A stretch of 63,848 bases of DNA, the filler included, from Alphaproteobacteria bacterium (GTDB taxonomy: Bacteria; Pseudomonadota; Alphaproteobacteria; Caedimonadales; UBA9215), in NCBI GenBank assembly GCA_024280495.1. It is 5 parts of 5 records of this genome, joined end to end, with 100 filler letters (N's around TTAATTAATTAA, not from the genome) between each part and the next. Parts side by side here need not be neighbours in the genome. Positions count along the whole stretch, not along the records: positions 21,838 to 45,679 come from JAJRPZ010000021.1; 4 more parts are not named here. One strand, given 5' to 3'. Under the pieces are notes generated by a model. It did no database searches. It was not told where the DNA came from and saw nothing but the letters and a program-made list of their open reading frames with translations. Below are positions 32,038 to 42,346 of this stretch, one piece after another (within the stretch, counting starts at the first letter, position 1; every line of letters begins with the position of its first letter). A program made the translations under genes and the position numbers.

Positions 32038-35034
32038 TTGACAAAATTAAAACTATATTGTATTTTGTTTTTTTATTTTACCTTACGCCTAGGAGTTAAT
32101 GCTTTGCGAAAAACCATCCTCACTTCCATTTTTTTGCTTTTATTTTCACAAAATTCTTTTTCTACTCATCATGAAAATAGTGAAGAAGATAAAAATCTTT
32201 CTGAAGAATTCCGTTCATCAAAAAAAAGATGTCGCCAAAATGATGATACGCAGCCCCCCAAAAATAAACACGCCACTTGGGAACTTCAGTCTAAATTTTT
32301 CGATATTATTGACTCCTTGTACGCCATGACAAATAAGGAAAGAAAAAAATATGCTTTACAACAAAATGAAGAGTCTGAAAGGCTTTTAATTTGCTTACAC
32401 ACGCGTTTGAAATCTCCGTTACCTATGGATAAAGAGACCCATCAACATTTGCTATTTATGAGAGCTTTTTTAAGCTATTACTTAGATATAAAAACAGAGA
32501 AAGCTGTTTCATATTATCAAGAAGCAGCTCAGTCTGGAGATTTAAAATCTTTATTTAATTTAGTAAAATTATACACAGAAGATTGTTTTTCTCTTTTGGA
32601 TAACGGATCTCCAGACTATAAATCTGCTGGTTTTTTCTGTAAAAAAGAAGCAGTTCAGGGGGATATTAATGCTCAATTTATCTTGGGGGTATTGCATGAA
32701 AACGGGCAATATGGCCTTTTAATAGATGGCTCTCCAGATTATAATTCTGCAGGAAATTACTATAAAAAAGCAGCAGATCAAGGATGTGCCGATTCCCAAT
32801 TTAACTTAGCAGTATTATATAAGCAGGGTTTTTATAAACCATTAAAAGATAATACTCCAGATTATCAATCCGCAGGAAATTGGTTTAAAAAAGCCGCGGG
32901 TCAAGGATATACCGAGTCTCAATTTAACTTAGGGTTATTGCTTAAAAGTGGAAAATACGGTCTCTTAGAAGATGGATCTATCGACCAAAAATCCGCAGGA
33001 GATTGGTTTAAAAAAGCGGCAATTCAAGGAGTTATTAGAGCCCAAGCTAGTTTAGGAATATCGTATGAATTAGGTCTCTATGAGCCTATAGAGGATGACA
33101 ATGGAAATACCTACCCAAATTATGATATTGCTGGGTATTGGTATGAAAAAGCCGCAGAACAAAGACATGCCAATGCTCAATTTAACTTAGGGTTATTGCT
33201 TAAAAGTGGAAAATACGGCCTCTTAGAAGATGGATCTATCGACCAAAAATCCGCAGGAGATTGGTTTAAAAAAGCGGCAATTCAAGGAGTTATTAGAGCC
33301 CAAGCTAATTTAGGAATATCGTATGAATTAGGTCTCTATGAGCCTATAGAGGATGAGAATGGAAATACCCACCCAAATTATGATGCTGCTGGAGAATGGT
33401 ATGAAAAAGCCGCAGAACAAGGGCATGCCAATGCTCAACTTAACTTAGGGTTATTTCTTAAAAGTGGAAAATACGGCCTCTTAGAAGATGGATCTATCGA
33501 CTACAAATCCGCAGGAGATTGGTTTAAAAAAGCGGCAAATCAAGAATCTATAAAAGCTCAAGCTAACTTAGGGCTATTGTTTGAATCAGGTCTCTATGAG
33601 CCTTCATAGGATAGCTATGGAGACACCTACCCAAATTATGATGCTGCTGGAGAATGGTATGAAAAAGCAGCAGATCAAGGAGATATCACCAGTCAACAGA
33701 GTTTGGGACGATTGTTTCAAACAGGCCTTTATAAACCATTAGACAACGGTTCCTCCAACCATAAAATGGCTGGATATTGGTTCAAAAAAGCAGCAAATCA
33801 AGGAAGTCCTACCGCTCAATATACTTTAGCAATTCTATATTTAAATGGTCTCTATGGCCTTTTAGAAAATGGATCAATAGATTATAAATCCGCAGGAAAT
33901 TACTTTAAAAAAGCAGCTGATCAAGAACATAGAAGGGCTCAAAAATATTTAGGAAAAATGTACGAAGAAGGCAAGTACGGTCGTTTGAAAAATGGCCTTC
34001 CAAATTTAGAACGAGCTTCCTTTTATCTAGAAAAAAACGAAGAAAATGAAGGCATTGATTTGCACCTTTTTTATAATCATTCCATAAATATTCAAAGGGA
34101 TTTTGTAGAGTTCTCCCTCCCTAAAAATTCTTTTGAAGAAAATTCTTATGTATTAAATCTGAATTACTTTAACTTGGAAATTCAGAAAATAAAAAACCTA
34201 AAAGAGCAGTTTTCTGATGAATTTTCAGATATAAAAAAAATATTTAGTGTATTAGGAAATGAAATTATTAATGATGAACCTGAGCTTCAAAATTCTTACC
34301 ATTTCCTAATTTCACTTGGGTTATTTGAAGATGACGATGATCGCATTATTTCTCCTGTTCAAAGAGCACTTTTTGCGTATTTATTAGATCTTAAAAATAA
34401 GATTTATAAAGATAATCAATACGAAAATTTCCACACTTATTTATGGACACTCTACACTTGCTCTACTGGTAAATCGAATACCATATTGAACTATTCAACT
34501 CATATAATTCATCCAGACACAATGGATTTAATGACTATAATGAAATCTGAACATTTAAAAAACCTATCAACCATTGATGAGTATATACATACCTATATAT
34601 ATAAACTTACTGGAAATCTGATTGAGAATTCTCTTTCTGACCTTGAACTTCATCATCACTTTCATTGTGAGAATGCAATGATAGACAGCGACTTAACACA
34701 TAATATATCATATCTAAGGCGTGTTTTAGCGGGCAATCTGTTCTTAACTGATCCTCAAAACGTGGATAAATATCCAAATTGTGTGTTTTATTCCCTAGCA
34801 ATAATGGATAAAGAAGCCCTTGTTGACAAATTATATAGCTATTTCACACCTTCATATTTTGTGGATTTTTTCCAAAAAGAATGGAATGAAGTTTTAAATA
34901 ACAAATCCCTTTTTGGGAAAACTTCGCTTTCTAAATATAACTTTAGCAGTACCGAGCTTTTTAATTATGTTGGCTACCAACATGTAGAAGAAATTGAAGA
35001 TAAAGAGGCGAATGATGTTTGTTTTTCTTATTGA
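32038..35034 (+). pseudogene. Sel1-like repeat protein with unknown C-terminal domain, interrupted by in-frame TAG at 33607-33609
   Basis: ORFs 32038..33609 and 33703..35034 share a frame; the AQFNLG...WFKKAA repeat pattern continues through the stop; signal-peptide-like N-terminus (start uncertain). Confidence 0.85.
32920..33693 (+). repeat. Three tandem 258-bp units, each encoding two Sel1 repeats
   Basis: CAA(T/C)TTAACTTAGGGTTATT recurs at 32920, 33178 and 33436; the first two units are nearly identical. Confidence 0.9.
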
Positions 35035-35251
35035 AAAGAAGGCGTTGCAGTAGCTCTTAAAAAAGCAGGTCTTTTAAAAAATACGTAAACGTCCACGGGG
35101 TAAGGGTCATGGCGCACAACTTTAGTTTTCACGGTCTATGATTGATTAGAGAGAGGGACCCTACCTAAATATCTGTTTTTTTAATTCTTTTTGAAAAAAA
35201 TGAATGAATGTGTTATTATCAGCCTCACATCTTGCTTTAAGGGTATTTTTT

Positions 35252-35839
35252 ATGTTCATCCAAACAGAAGAGACTCCAAATCCATTGGTATTAAAATTCG
35301 TTCCAGGAAAGCCTGTGTTGGCTGCTGAGGGAACCATTACATTTTCCAACAAAGAATCTGCGTGGCGTGCGCCTTTGGCAGAATCTCTTTTTTCCATTAT
35401 AGGTGTAGATGAAATTTTCTTCACCCCTAATTTTATTTCCGTGACCAAAACATCCGAATATGACTGGGTTCTCCTTAAGCCTCAAATTCTAGGCCATATT
35501 ATGGAATATTTCATGGAAAATGAAAGTGTTGAAATTCGTTCAGAGCCTGCGGGACAAGGCACTCCACCAAGTGAAAATATTGTTTTGGAAGCTGACCTTG
35601 ATGCCGATACCCTGGAAATTATTTCTGAGATTAAAGAACTCATTGACTCTCGTATTCGTCCAGCAGTCGCACAAGATGGGGGAGACATCACCTTTGAACG
35701 TTTTGCCGATGGTATTGTTTACCTCAAAATGCATGGGGCTTGTTCTGGTTGTCCTAGTTCAAGTGTAACCTTGAAAAATGGTGTCGAGAATATGCTTCGA
35801 CATTATGTACCAGAAGTAAAAGAAGTACTTGCAGTTTAA
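35252..35839 (+). CDS. NifU/Nfu-family Fe-S cluster carrier
   Basis: MFIQTEETPNPLVLKF, IRPAVAQDGGDI, GACSGCPSSSVTLKNG. Confidence 0.95.
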   Translation: MFIQTEETPNPLVLKFVPGKPVLAAEGTITFSNKESAWRAPLAESLFSIIGVDEIFFTPNFISVTKTSEYDWVLLKPQILGHIMEYFMENESVEIRSEPAGQGTPPSENIVLEADLDADTLEIISEIKELIDSRIRPAVAQDGGDITFERFADGIVYLKMHGACSGCPSSSVTLKNGVENMLRHYVPEVKEVLAV

Positions 35840-35876
35840 CTTAACGGCTTGGGACTACGTGAAAAGGGATTTTAAA

Positions 35877-36842
35877 ATGCTAAAACAATCATTATTTTCA
35901 AAAAAAATAAACTTATATGTGAGTCGCGCTATCATCGTGAGCTTACTAGCACTCTGTTGTATTTTATATGCAGTTGTCGCAACAAAAAAATTCAAACTGG
36001 ACGATTTTCTTTTTTCAAAAGCCTCTGCAACTTCTTTCAAAGCAGAACGTCCTCCTACTTTCGTGCAAGTGGCAACAACGAAAGAACTTCTAGCTCTATT
36101 TGACAAACATGGTTATGACCTGGATCTTTCTTTGGCTAAAGGAATAGTTGAAAAAAATCATGGGGAGGTCCCCGCTATTTTCTTGGCATCCCTACCCAAT
36201 GATTTTGCGAAAACCTTGACTATTAAAGAAAAAAAATCACTCTTTCTACGCACTATTTTACCTTTGGTTTTAGAAGCCAACGCCTCAATTGACACAGAAC
36301 GTAAAGAGGTTCTTGATATTCAAAAATCATTGGATCAATTGACGAAAACACAAAAAAAACGCCTCTTTGATTTAGCCAAAAAATATCGTTGCCGCCACTT
36401 TAAGGTAGAAAATATTTCTGATCTATTGCGTAAAATTGACGTAATTCCTGTAGCCATGGCTTTGGCACAAGCCGTCGAAGAAGCTGGGTGGGGACAGTCC
36501 CACGCAGCGCGTCTTAAGAACGCAACCCACGGTGTCACCCTTCCATCTGGTGTAAAAGCTTATGAATCCTTGGCAGTGAGTGTCAATGCTTATATGCGCA
36601 ACTTAAATGCGAACCCAGCCTATAAAAAAATGCGAGATATTAGAGCCTGTTTGCGAGAAAACAATCAAGATCTATGCGGCATTAAAATGATGGATGGATT
36701 ATATCATTATTCAGAATTACGCCACACTTATATCCGTAAAGTTAAAGGACATATTCGTTATAACAAACTAGATCGTTTTGATTCTTATCAACTGGCCTCT
36801 TGTGATTCTGTTTTGGATATGGAAATCCCTCAAAAATCTTAA
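35877..36842 (+). CDS. Bax-like glucosaminidase-domain protein
   Basis: N-terminal TM; KKSLFLRTILP, IPVAMALAQAVEEAGWGQS, YMRNLNANPAY, YSE. Confidence 0.85.
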   Translation: MLKQSLFSKKINLYVSRAIIVSLLALCCILYAVVATKKFKLDDFLFSKASATSFKAERPPTFVQVATTKELLALFDKHGYDLDLSLAKGIVEKNHGEVPAIFLASLPNDFAKTLTIKEKKSLFLRTILPLVLEANASIDTERKEVLDIQKSLDQLTKTQKKRLFDLAKKYRCRHFKVENISDLLRKIDVIPVAMALAQAVEEAGWGQSHAARLKNATHGVTLPSGVKAYESLAVSVNAYMRNLNANPAYKKMRDIRACLRENNQDLCGIKMMDGLYHYSELRHTYIRKVKGHIRYNKLDRFDSYQLASCDSVLDMEIPQKS

Positions 36843-36881
36843 TGGATTTTTCTCTAAAAAGGAGGTGGAGAAAATATTTTT

Positions 36882-37637
36882 TCAAGAGTGCCATGGAAAT
36901 TGAGTAACACGGCACATTGCTTTAAAGTCACGAACGCCTATTTTATTTTTTTCAAAATCCGTCATATTCTGACAAGCTTCAGTTGCGATATCAGAAGGAA
37001 CCTTCAACATATTTTCAATACCAGCAGATAACGCTTGAATTTGAACCCGACAAGCCTCTTCGAGAAAAAGCATATAGAACAAGGCTTCTTCTGAATTTAT
37101 ACCGCAGGTCACGGTGCCATGGTTTTGCAGGATCATTGCTTTATTGTCAGGACCAAGATCTGTCATTAATAAGTCACCTTGACGATCAATGTTTAGATTC
37201 AAAGCATCATAAGTATGATAGGAAAGTCGGTTATAAAAATGCAAAGAAAACTGAGATAAAGGCATAAGACCTTGTTTTTGACAAGAAACTGCAACACCAG
37301 CTGGCGTATGTAAGTGAAATACCGCATTGACATCGGGACGTGCTGCATAGATAGATGAATGGATTACATACCCCGTTGCATTAAAAATTTGTTCTGATCC
37401 CTCGATGATATTACCGTCAAAATCAACCTTAATGAGGGTGTCAGGAGTGACCTCTTCAAAGAGCATTCCCAAAGGATAAATATAATAAGCTTTTTCCCCT
37501 GGGACTCGTGCTGAAAGGTGAGTATAAGTCCTGTCATCCATACCTTTTTTTGCGAAAAGATAGTAACACTTTGCCAATGTTTCCTTTACGGACAAAGCAG
37601 AGATTTTATTGATGGCTTTGCAAATTGCATTAGTCAT
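36882..37637 (-). CDS. Class II aldolase/adducin-family protein
   Basis: YTHLSARVP, GYVIHSSIYAARPD, HLHT, ILQNHG. Confidence 0.92.
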   Translation of the reverse strand: MTNAICKAINKISALSVKETLAKCYYLFAKKGMDDRTYTHLSARVPGEKAYYIYPLGMLFEEVTPDTLIKVDFDGNIIEGSEQIFNATGYVIHSSIYAARPDVNAVFHLHTPAGVAVSCQKQGLMPLSQFSLHFYNRLSYHTYDALNLNIDRQGDLLMTDLGPDNKAMILQNHGTVTCGINSEEALFYMLFLEEACRVQIQALSAGIENMLKVPSDIATEACQNMTDFEKNKIGVRDFKAMCRVTQFPWHS

Positions 37638-37998
37638 TATAATTATTTATTTTTCCATATTACTCAGTTGGCGGACTCATATTTTGAAAAGCAACACCTT
37701 ATCTTCTAAGACTAGCAGTATAAAGAGAAGAGTATTTTATAAAACAATACACTTATTCAAGTTTAGACGAAAGTGCAATAATGAACTATATGAGACCCTA
37801 GGAAAGTTTCTTAAATCCACTACTTTTCTGGAGATAAATGATTTAAAAGTCTTTTCACCTTGTGTGATTAATTCGAATCAGCCTTGGAAAAATTAAAAAA
37901 AACGCTTACACTTAATTTAGTAGCAAGATTTCAATTTATAATTGGCTTTATTGTTCTACTAAAATAAAACAAACCTCTTTTTAAGGCTTAGTTCTATT

Positions 37999-38898
37999 AT
38001 GAATCTCGATAAACTTCGTATATTTCATCATGCTGGTATGGCAAAAAGCTTTACAAATTGCGGCTTGCACTTGAGTCCAAGTGCTATTAGTCGCCATATT
38101 TCTGATTTGGAATACTGGTTAAAGGTAAAATTATTTGTTCGCCACCCAAAGGGAATGACTCTGACACCTGAGGGAGAAAAACTTCTTGAAACCTGCCATA
38201 CTGTTTTTAAAGAATTGGAAGGTATTAAGTCAGCCATTTCCGTTGATACGGAAAAAGCAGAAGGTCTTTTAAAAATAGCAACACCTTCTGGCTGGATTTC
38301 TAATATTGTCATTGCTTTAATTAAGGATTTTCTAAACGATAACAGTAATGTTCGTATCAATATCAAAAGCTTTGATGCAGTGCCTGACTTTACCCGAAGT
38401 GAAGCAGATATCGCATTATTACCTTTTATTCCCGATGATGTTCAGGTAAAAGGAGAACGTTTAACGGATTTAAGTTTAGGACTTTATGCGAGCCTAGATT
38501 ACCTCGAACAATATGGAGCCCCTAAAACCGTTGAAGACCTCAAAAACCACCAGCTTATTTCCTATGGCGATCATGATCATCCACTGATGAATGTTAATTG
38601 GCATTTGGGATTGGGTATGGAAGAAGGTAAAAAACATGTACCTTATATTACCATCAACAATATGTATTGCGCAGCTGAAGCTGGGTACGGAATAGTAACC
38701 TTAGCGAAAGAAAACATCTTATTGCAGAATACTTCTCTTGTGCCTGTTTTGCCCGATTTACAGGGGCCTATCGTTAATTGCTATTGCGTGTATCCAAAAC
38801 GTCTTGAGAAATCTAAAAAAGTACAAGCATTTATTCATTATGTGAAACAAGCACTTCATGAACAGAATTGGAGTGCCAATCTTGACGATAAAGCATAG
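37999..38898 (+). CDS. LysR-family transcriptional regulator
   Basis: DKLRIFHH, LSPSAISRHISDLE, LFVRHPKGMTLTPEGE, substrate-binding domain; divergent from the aldolase. Confidence 0.93.
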   Translation: MNLDKLRIFHHAGMAKSFTNCGLHLSPSAISRHISDLEYWLKVKLFVRHPKGMTLTPEGEKLLETCHTVFKELEGIKSAISVDTEKAEGLLKIATPSGWISNIVIALIKDFLNDNSNVRINIKSFDAVPDFTRSEADIALLPFIPDDVQVKGERLTDLSLGLYASLDYLEQYGAPKTVEDLKNHQLISYGDHDHPLMNVNWHLGLGMEEGKKHVPYITINNMYCAAEAGYGIVTLAKENILLQNTSLVPVLPDLQGPIVNCYCVYPKRLEKSKKVQAFIHYVKQALHEQNWSANLDDKA

Positions 38899-38960
38899 CT
38901 TCCTTAGGGTGAAATTCATGATGTCCAACTGCCCTTGAATCCGCTTTACTTTAGGGTTCA

Positions 38961-39806
38961 TCACGAGGTGGACATAACTTTTTTATCATGACTATTTTTT
39001 TTCAACCGTTTGAAATCAAAATAGGAAAAAGGAATCGTGCAGATGTAAGTCAATACAATAGCACAAGCAAAGAACCAGGGCGCGCTGACAATAAGCGCAA
39101 TGACGATGGCAGCAATAACGAGACTTGCAATGGCCCAGGACCTGGGGATTTTGACGGATTTAAATGAATAAGTGGGAATACGACTGATCATAAGGGCCCC
39201 AGATCCAACCATAAATATGGTGTAAATCCCAGAGGAGATAATCCAATCAATGCCAAAGGCAAAATGAACCATTAGGGGAAAAAGTGCAATAAAGGCAGCA
39301 GAAGGCGCAGGCGTTCCAACGAAAAATCTGTTTTTCCCTGCTACCATAAGGGGTGATTCTTTTATTTTATCTTCTTCAGTATGGGCTTCACGTTGTTCTT
39401 TAATGTACATAGCGTTGAACCGTGCAAGACGCAGAGCCATACAAACGGAATAAAACAGAGTGATTCCCCATCCAAAGCCGCCCAATTCATGGAGGCTGAG
39501 CATATAAATCACAACGGCAGGCCCCACACCGAAACAAATAAAATCAGAAAGAGAGTCAAGTTCGGCACCAAAATCACTGGTGGCTTTTAAAAGACGTGCG
39601 ATGCGGCCATCAATACCGTCAAGAATGGCAGCAATAATAATGGCAAGAACAGCTTCTTCATAACGATCCAACATGGCGAAACGAATGGATGAAAGTCCCG
39701 TGCAAAGCCCCGCAACGGTGGCAAGATTCGGTAGCATATGAGCAAAGGAAAGGTCTTGAAGTTTTTTAGCCGCTTTTGGCGTATTTTCTTTTTTTTCTTC
39801 GCTCAT
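38961..39806 (-). CDS. pssA: CDP-diacylglycerol--serine O-phosphatidyltransferase
   Basis: LPNLAT, DGIDGRIAR...GAELDSLSD, LRLARFN; adjacent to psd. Confidence 0.93.
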   Translation of the reverse strand: MSEEKKENTPKAAKKLQDLSFAHMLPNLATVAGLCTGLSSIRFAMLDRYEEAVLAIIIAAILDGIDGRIARLLKATSDFGAELDSLSDFICFGVGPAVVIYMLSLHELGGFGWGITLFYSVCMALRLARFNAMYIKEQREAHTEEDKIKESPLMVAGKNRFFVGTPAPSAAFIALFPLMVHFAFGIDWIISSGIYTIFMVGSGALMISRIPTYSFKSVKIPRSWAIASLVIAAIVIALIVSAPWFFACAIVLTYICTIPFSYFDFKRLKKNSHDKKVMSTS

Positions 39807-39856
39807 GTTTTTTATCCAGATTACTTGTTGGTTTCATGTTGCAAGTCAACTATGTA

Positions 39857-40549
39857 TCAAATAATTTGACCTTCCAATTGTTTAGCACCTTTTTCAGCCA
39901 TATCTGCAATAACAGTTTCACCGCCAATGGTTTTTTGGCCAACGATAACGTGGGGTACAAGGGATGATGGCAAATAAATATCACAACGACTACCAAAACG
40001 AATAAGGCCAAAACGTTGGCCTGTTCTAACGGCATCTCCTTCACGGATGTCACAACGAATACGCCTTGCAATAAGACCAGCAACTTGTGTAAACCCAATA
40101 ACTTTTTTATGATCTGTTTCAACGACTAAAGCTTGACGTTCGTTGTGAACGCTTGCTTTATCCAATGAAGCATTCAAAAATTTACCAGGGTGATAAATGC
40201 TTTTTGTGATAGTGCCGCCGAGGGGCACACGATTAACATGAACGTTAAAAACATTTAAGAAAATACTGATACGCGTCCAATTTCCTTCAGGTAGTTCCAT
40301 TTCAGGAGGTGTGTCTGCATTCTCAACAATGGCATGTACCACTCCATCAGCGGGACTAACGATCAATCCGTCTTTTTGAGGAACGACACGATCTGGATCC
40401 CGAAAAAAATAAGCACACCACCCAGTCAACACCAATCCAACATAACCAAGAAATGTTGAGAAAGATGCTAAAATAAGGGCAATAACAAGAAAAATTCCAA
40501 TAAAAAGAAAACCTTCTTTATGAATTTTTGGAATAGAAATTTGATACAT
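39857..40549 (-). CDS. psd: Phosphatidylserine decarboxylase proenzyme
   Basis: FFRDPDR, SPADG, ISIFLNVFNVHVNR, IRFGSR cleavage motif. Confidence 0.96.
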   Translation of the reverse strand: MYQISIPKIHKEGFLFIGIFLVIALILASFSTFLGYVGLVLTGWCAYFFRDPDRVVPQKDGLIVSPADGVVHAIVENADTPPEMELPEGNWTRISIFLNVFNVHVNRVPLGGTITKSIYHPGKFLNASLDKASVHNERQALVVETDHKKVIGFTQVAGLIARRIRCDIREGDAVRTGQRFGLIRFGSRCDIYLPSSLVPHVIVGQKTIGGETVIADMAEKGAKQLEGQII

Positions 40550-40772
40550 CGGATAAACGCCTTTTGAAATGATTTTAGAACATGCTACGCTTTTTCAGGT
40601 AATCTGTAAATATAGAGTTCCTTACTGTATAAGTTTAGGTGATATGGGATTACACTTTGACTTTTTTATAAAAATTCTTCAGGATGAGGAAATTAAAATG
40701 GTTTTTTTATAGAAAATTAACCTATTTTAAATAAACTGATTTCAAATCAATGAATTTATATGGAGTTTCTTT

Positions 40773-42233
40773 ATGGACTTTTCTGCGGAATCAATCAAAG
40801 AGACTGCTCAAAAAACGGCATTTGATCTATCTAAAAAACCTACTGCTATTTTGGTTGCCATCGCCATTGCTGTTACTTCCCTCATAGGAACAGGCTTTTA
40901 CCTTGCCACAAAAAATACTGAAGAAAGAGCTCAACCCACATCCGTTCGTGTAGAAGCGTCAAAGGCTCGCCGTGGTTCTCTTGTGCGTCAGCTTACCGTT
41001 GTTGGAACACTTGAATCCGCGAACTCCGTTGTCATGAAAGCTCAAGTCAAAGGATTAATCACCCGCGTTAATATTATTGGTGGTGAAGCCGTCCGCAGGG
41101 GAGATATTCTTTTTGAAATTGACGACCGCACTTATAAAGCCCAGGCAAAAGAAGCTGAAGCCCTTTATAATCTTGCAAAATCTAGTTTTGAACGAGAAGA
41201 AAAATTGGCTGAAAAAAAATTTGGAGCCATAAAAAAGTTTGAAGAGGCGCGTGCTCAGTACCTTAAAACTCAAGCCCAATTTGAGCGTGCTCAAAAAGAC
41301 TTGGCTGACACTAAAATTATTGCTCCCTTTGATGGATTTGTTGGACTTCACCGTATTAGTGTTGGAACACCTATTTCAGCAGATCTTGATCTCGTGACTA
41401 TCACAGATACCGATCCCATGAAGGTTAACTTCAAAATGCCCTCGAAATTTGTACGTTATTTGAGTGTTGATCAAAGGGTAAATATTGATGTTGATAGCTA
41501 TCCAGGGGAAAAATTCGAAGGTCGTATTGAAGCTATTGACGCTTTAGTTGATTCTGGTGCTCAAAGTATCGCCGTTCAAGCCACTATTAACAACAGTAGA
41601 AATCTTTTAAAACCTGGTATGTTCGTTCGTGTAAAAGTCACTGTGGGGTCCAAAGACAATAGTCTTATTGTTCCCGAAGAATCTATTGTAGCAGTAGGTG
41701 ATCAGACGTACGTTTGGAAAATCATAGAACATCCTGAACACCCAGGGCTGTATTTGACATTTCGTGTTGAAGTCCTAACGGGTATTCAAGAAAAAGATCG
41801 TATTGAAATTATGCGTAACCTTAATGATGGAGACCTCGTTATTTCGGTCGGTTATCAAAAAGTTGCTAACGGCACTCCTGTGAGTTTCGACCTAGATAGT
41901 GTTGGCCTTGGCTCTGAAGAAGAAATGATAGAAGATCCCATGGATGAAAAAAAAGAAGGTGCAACGTCAGCACTTACTGAAAAGAAATCTGACACGTCAT
42001 CATTTTGGAGTCGCATAAAAGGTGTTTTTTCTTCGTCCGACTCAGAAAAAATAAAGGAGTCTGTGCCTAAGGAAGACTCTACTAAGGAAACCGTTACTCC
42101 TTCTGCTGATCAAGAAGAAAAAGACTTAGCAGTTCGTCAGAAAGATAACAATCGCAAGCTTGCATACCGTGCGAAAAACCCCTCTAAAAAGGGGCAACAT
42201 AAAAATCTACAAGCGCTTTTAAGCAGAAACTAA
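40773..42233 (+). CDS. RND efflux periplasmic adaptor with long C-terminal tail
   Basis: N-terminal TM, lipoyl halves, IIAPFDG, LKPGMFVRV. Confidence 0.93.
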   Translation: MDFSAESIKETAQKTAFDLSKKPTAILVAIAIAVTSLIGTGFYLATKNTEERAQPTSVRVEASKARRGSLVRQLTVVGTLESANSVVMKAQVKGLITRVNIIGGEAVRRGDILFEIDDRTYKAQAKEAEALYNLAKSSFEREEKLAEKKFGAIKKFEEARAQYLKTQAQFERAQKDLADTKIIAPFDGFVGLHRISVGTPISADLDLVTITDTDPMKVNFKMPSKFVRYLSVDQRVNIDVDSYPGEKFEGRIEAIDALVDSGAQSIAVQATINNSRNLLKPGMFVRVKVTVGSKDNSLIVPEESIVAVGDQTYVWKIIEHPEHPGLYLTFRVEVLTGIQEKDRIEIMRNLNDGDLVISVGYQKVANGTPVSFDLDSVGLGSEEEMIEDPMDEKKEGATSALTEKKSDTSSFWSRIKGVFSSSDSEKIKESVPKEDSTKETVTPSADQEEKDLAVRQKDNNRKLAYRAKNPSKKGQHKNLQALLSRN

Positions 42234-42346
42234 AAAATGTGACAGAAGTGACCTGATAGAAAAATGCACCCTAAAATAGTGGTGACGGCATAATCTTCAG
42301 CATTAAAAATTTGCTTTTATGTTTTAATTTTGGATTGGATATTTGA

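Noticed and set aside
33607..33609. Genetic-code reassignment of TAG or TGA
   Set aside because: Conserved genes end correctly at TAG (tuf, rpsJ, rpsS) and TGA (rplD), so the standard code applies.
32920..33693. CRISPR array
   Set aside because: Units are 258-bp coding repeats with no unique spacers and no cas genes nearby.
37609..37896. 95-aa ORF in the aldolase-LysR spacer
   Set aside because: Overlaps the aldolase start, has no motif, and occupies the expected divergent promoter region.
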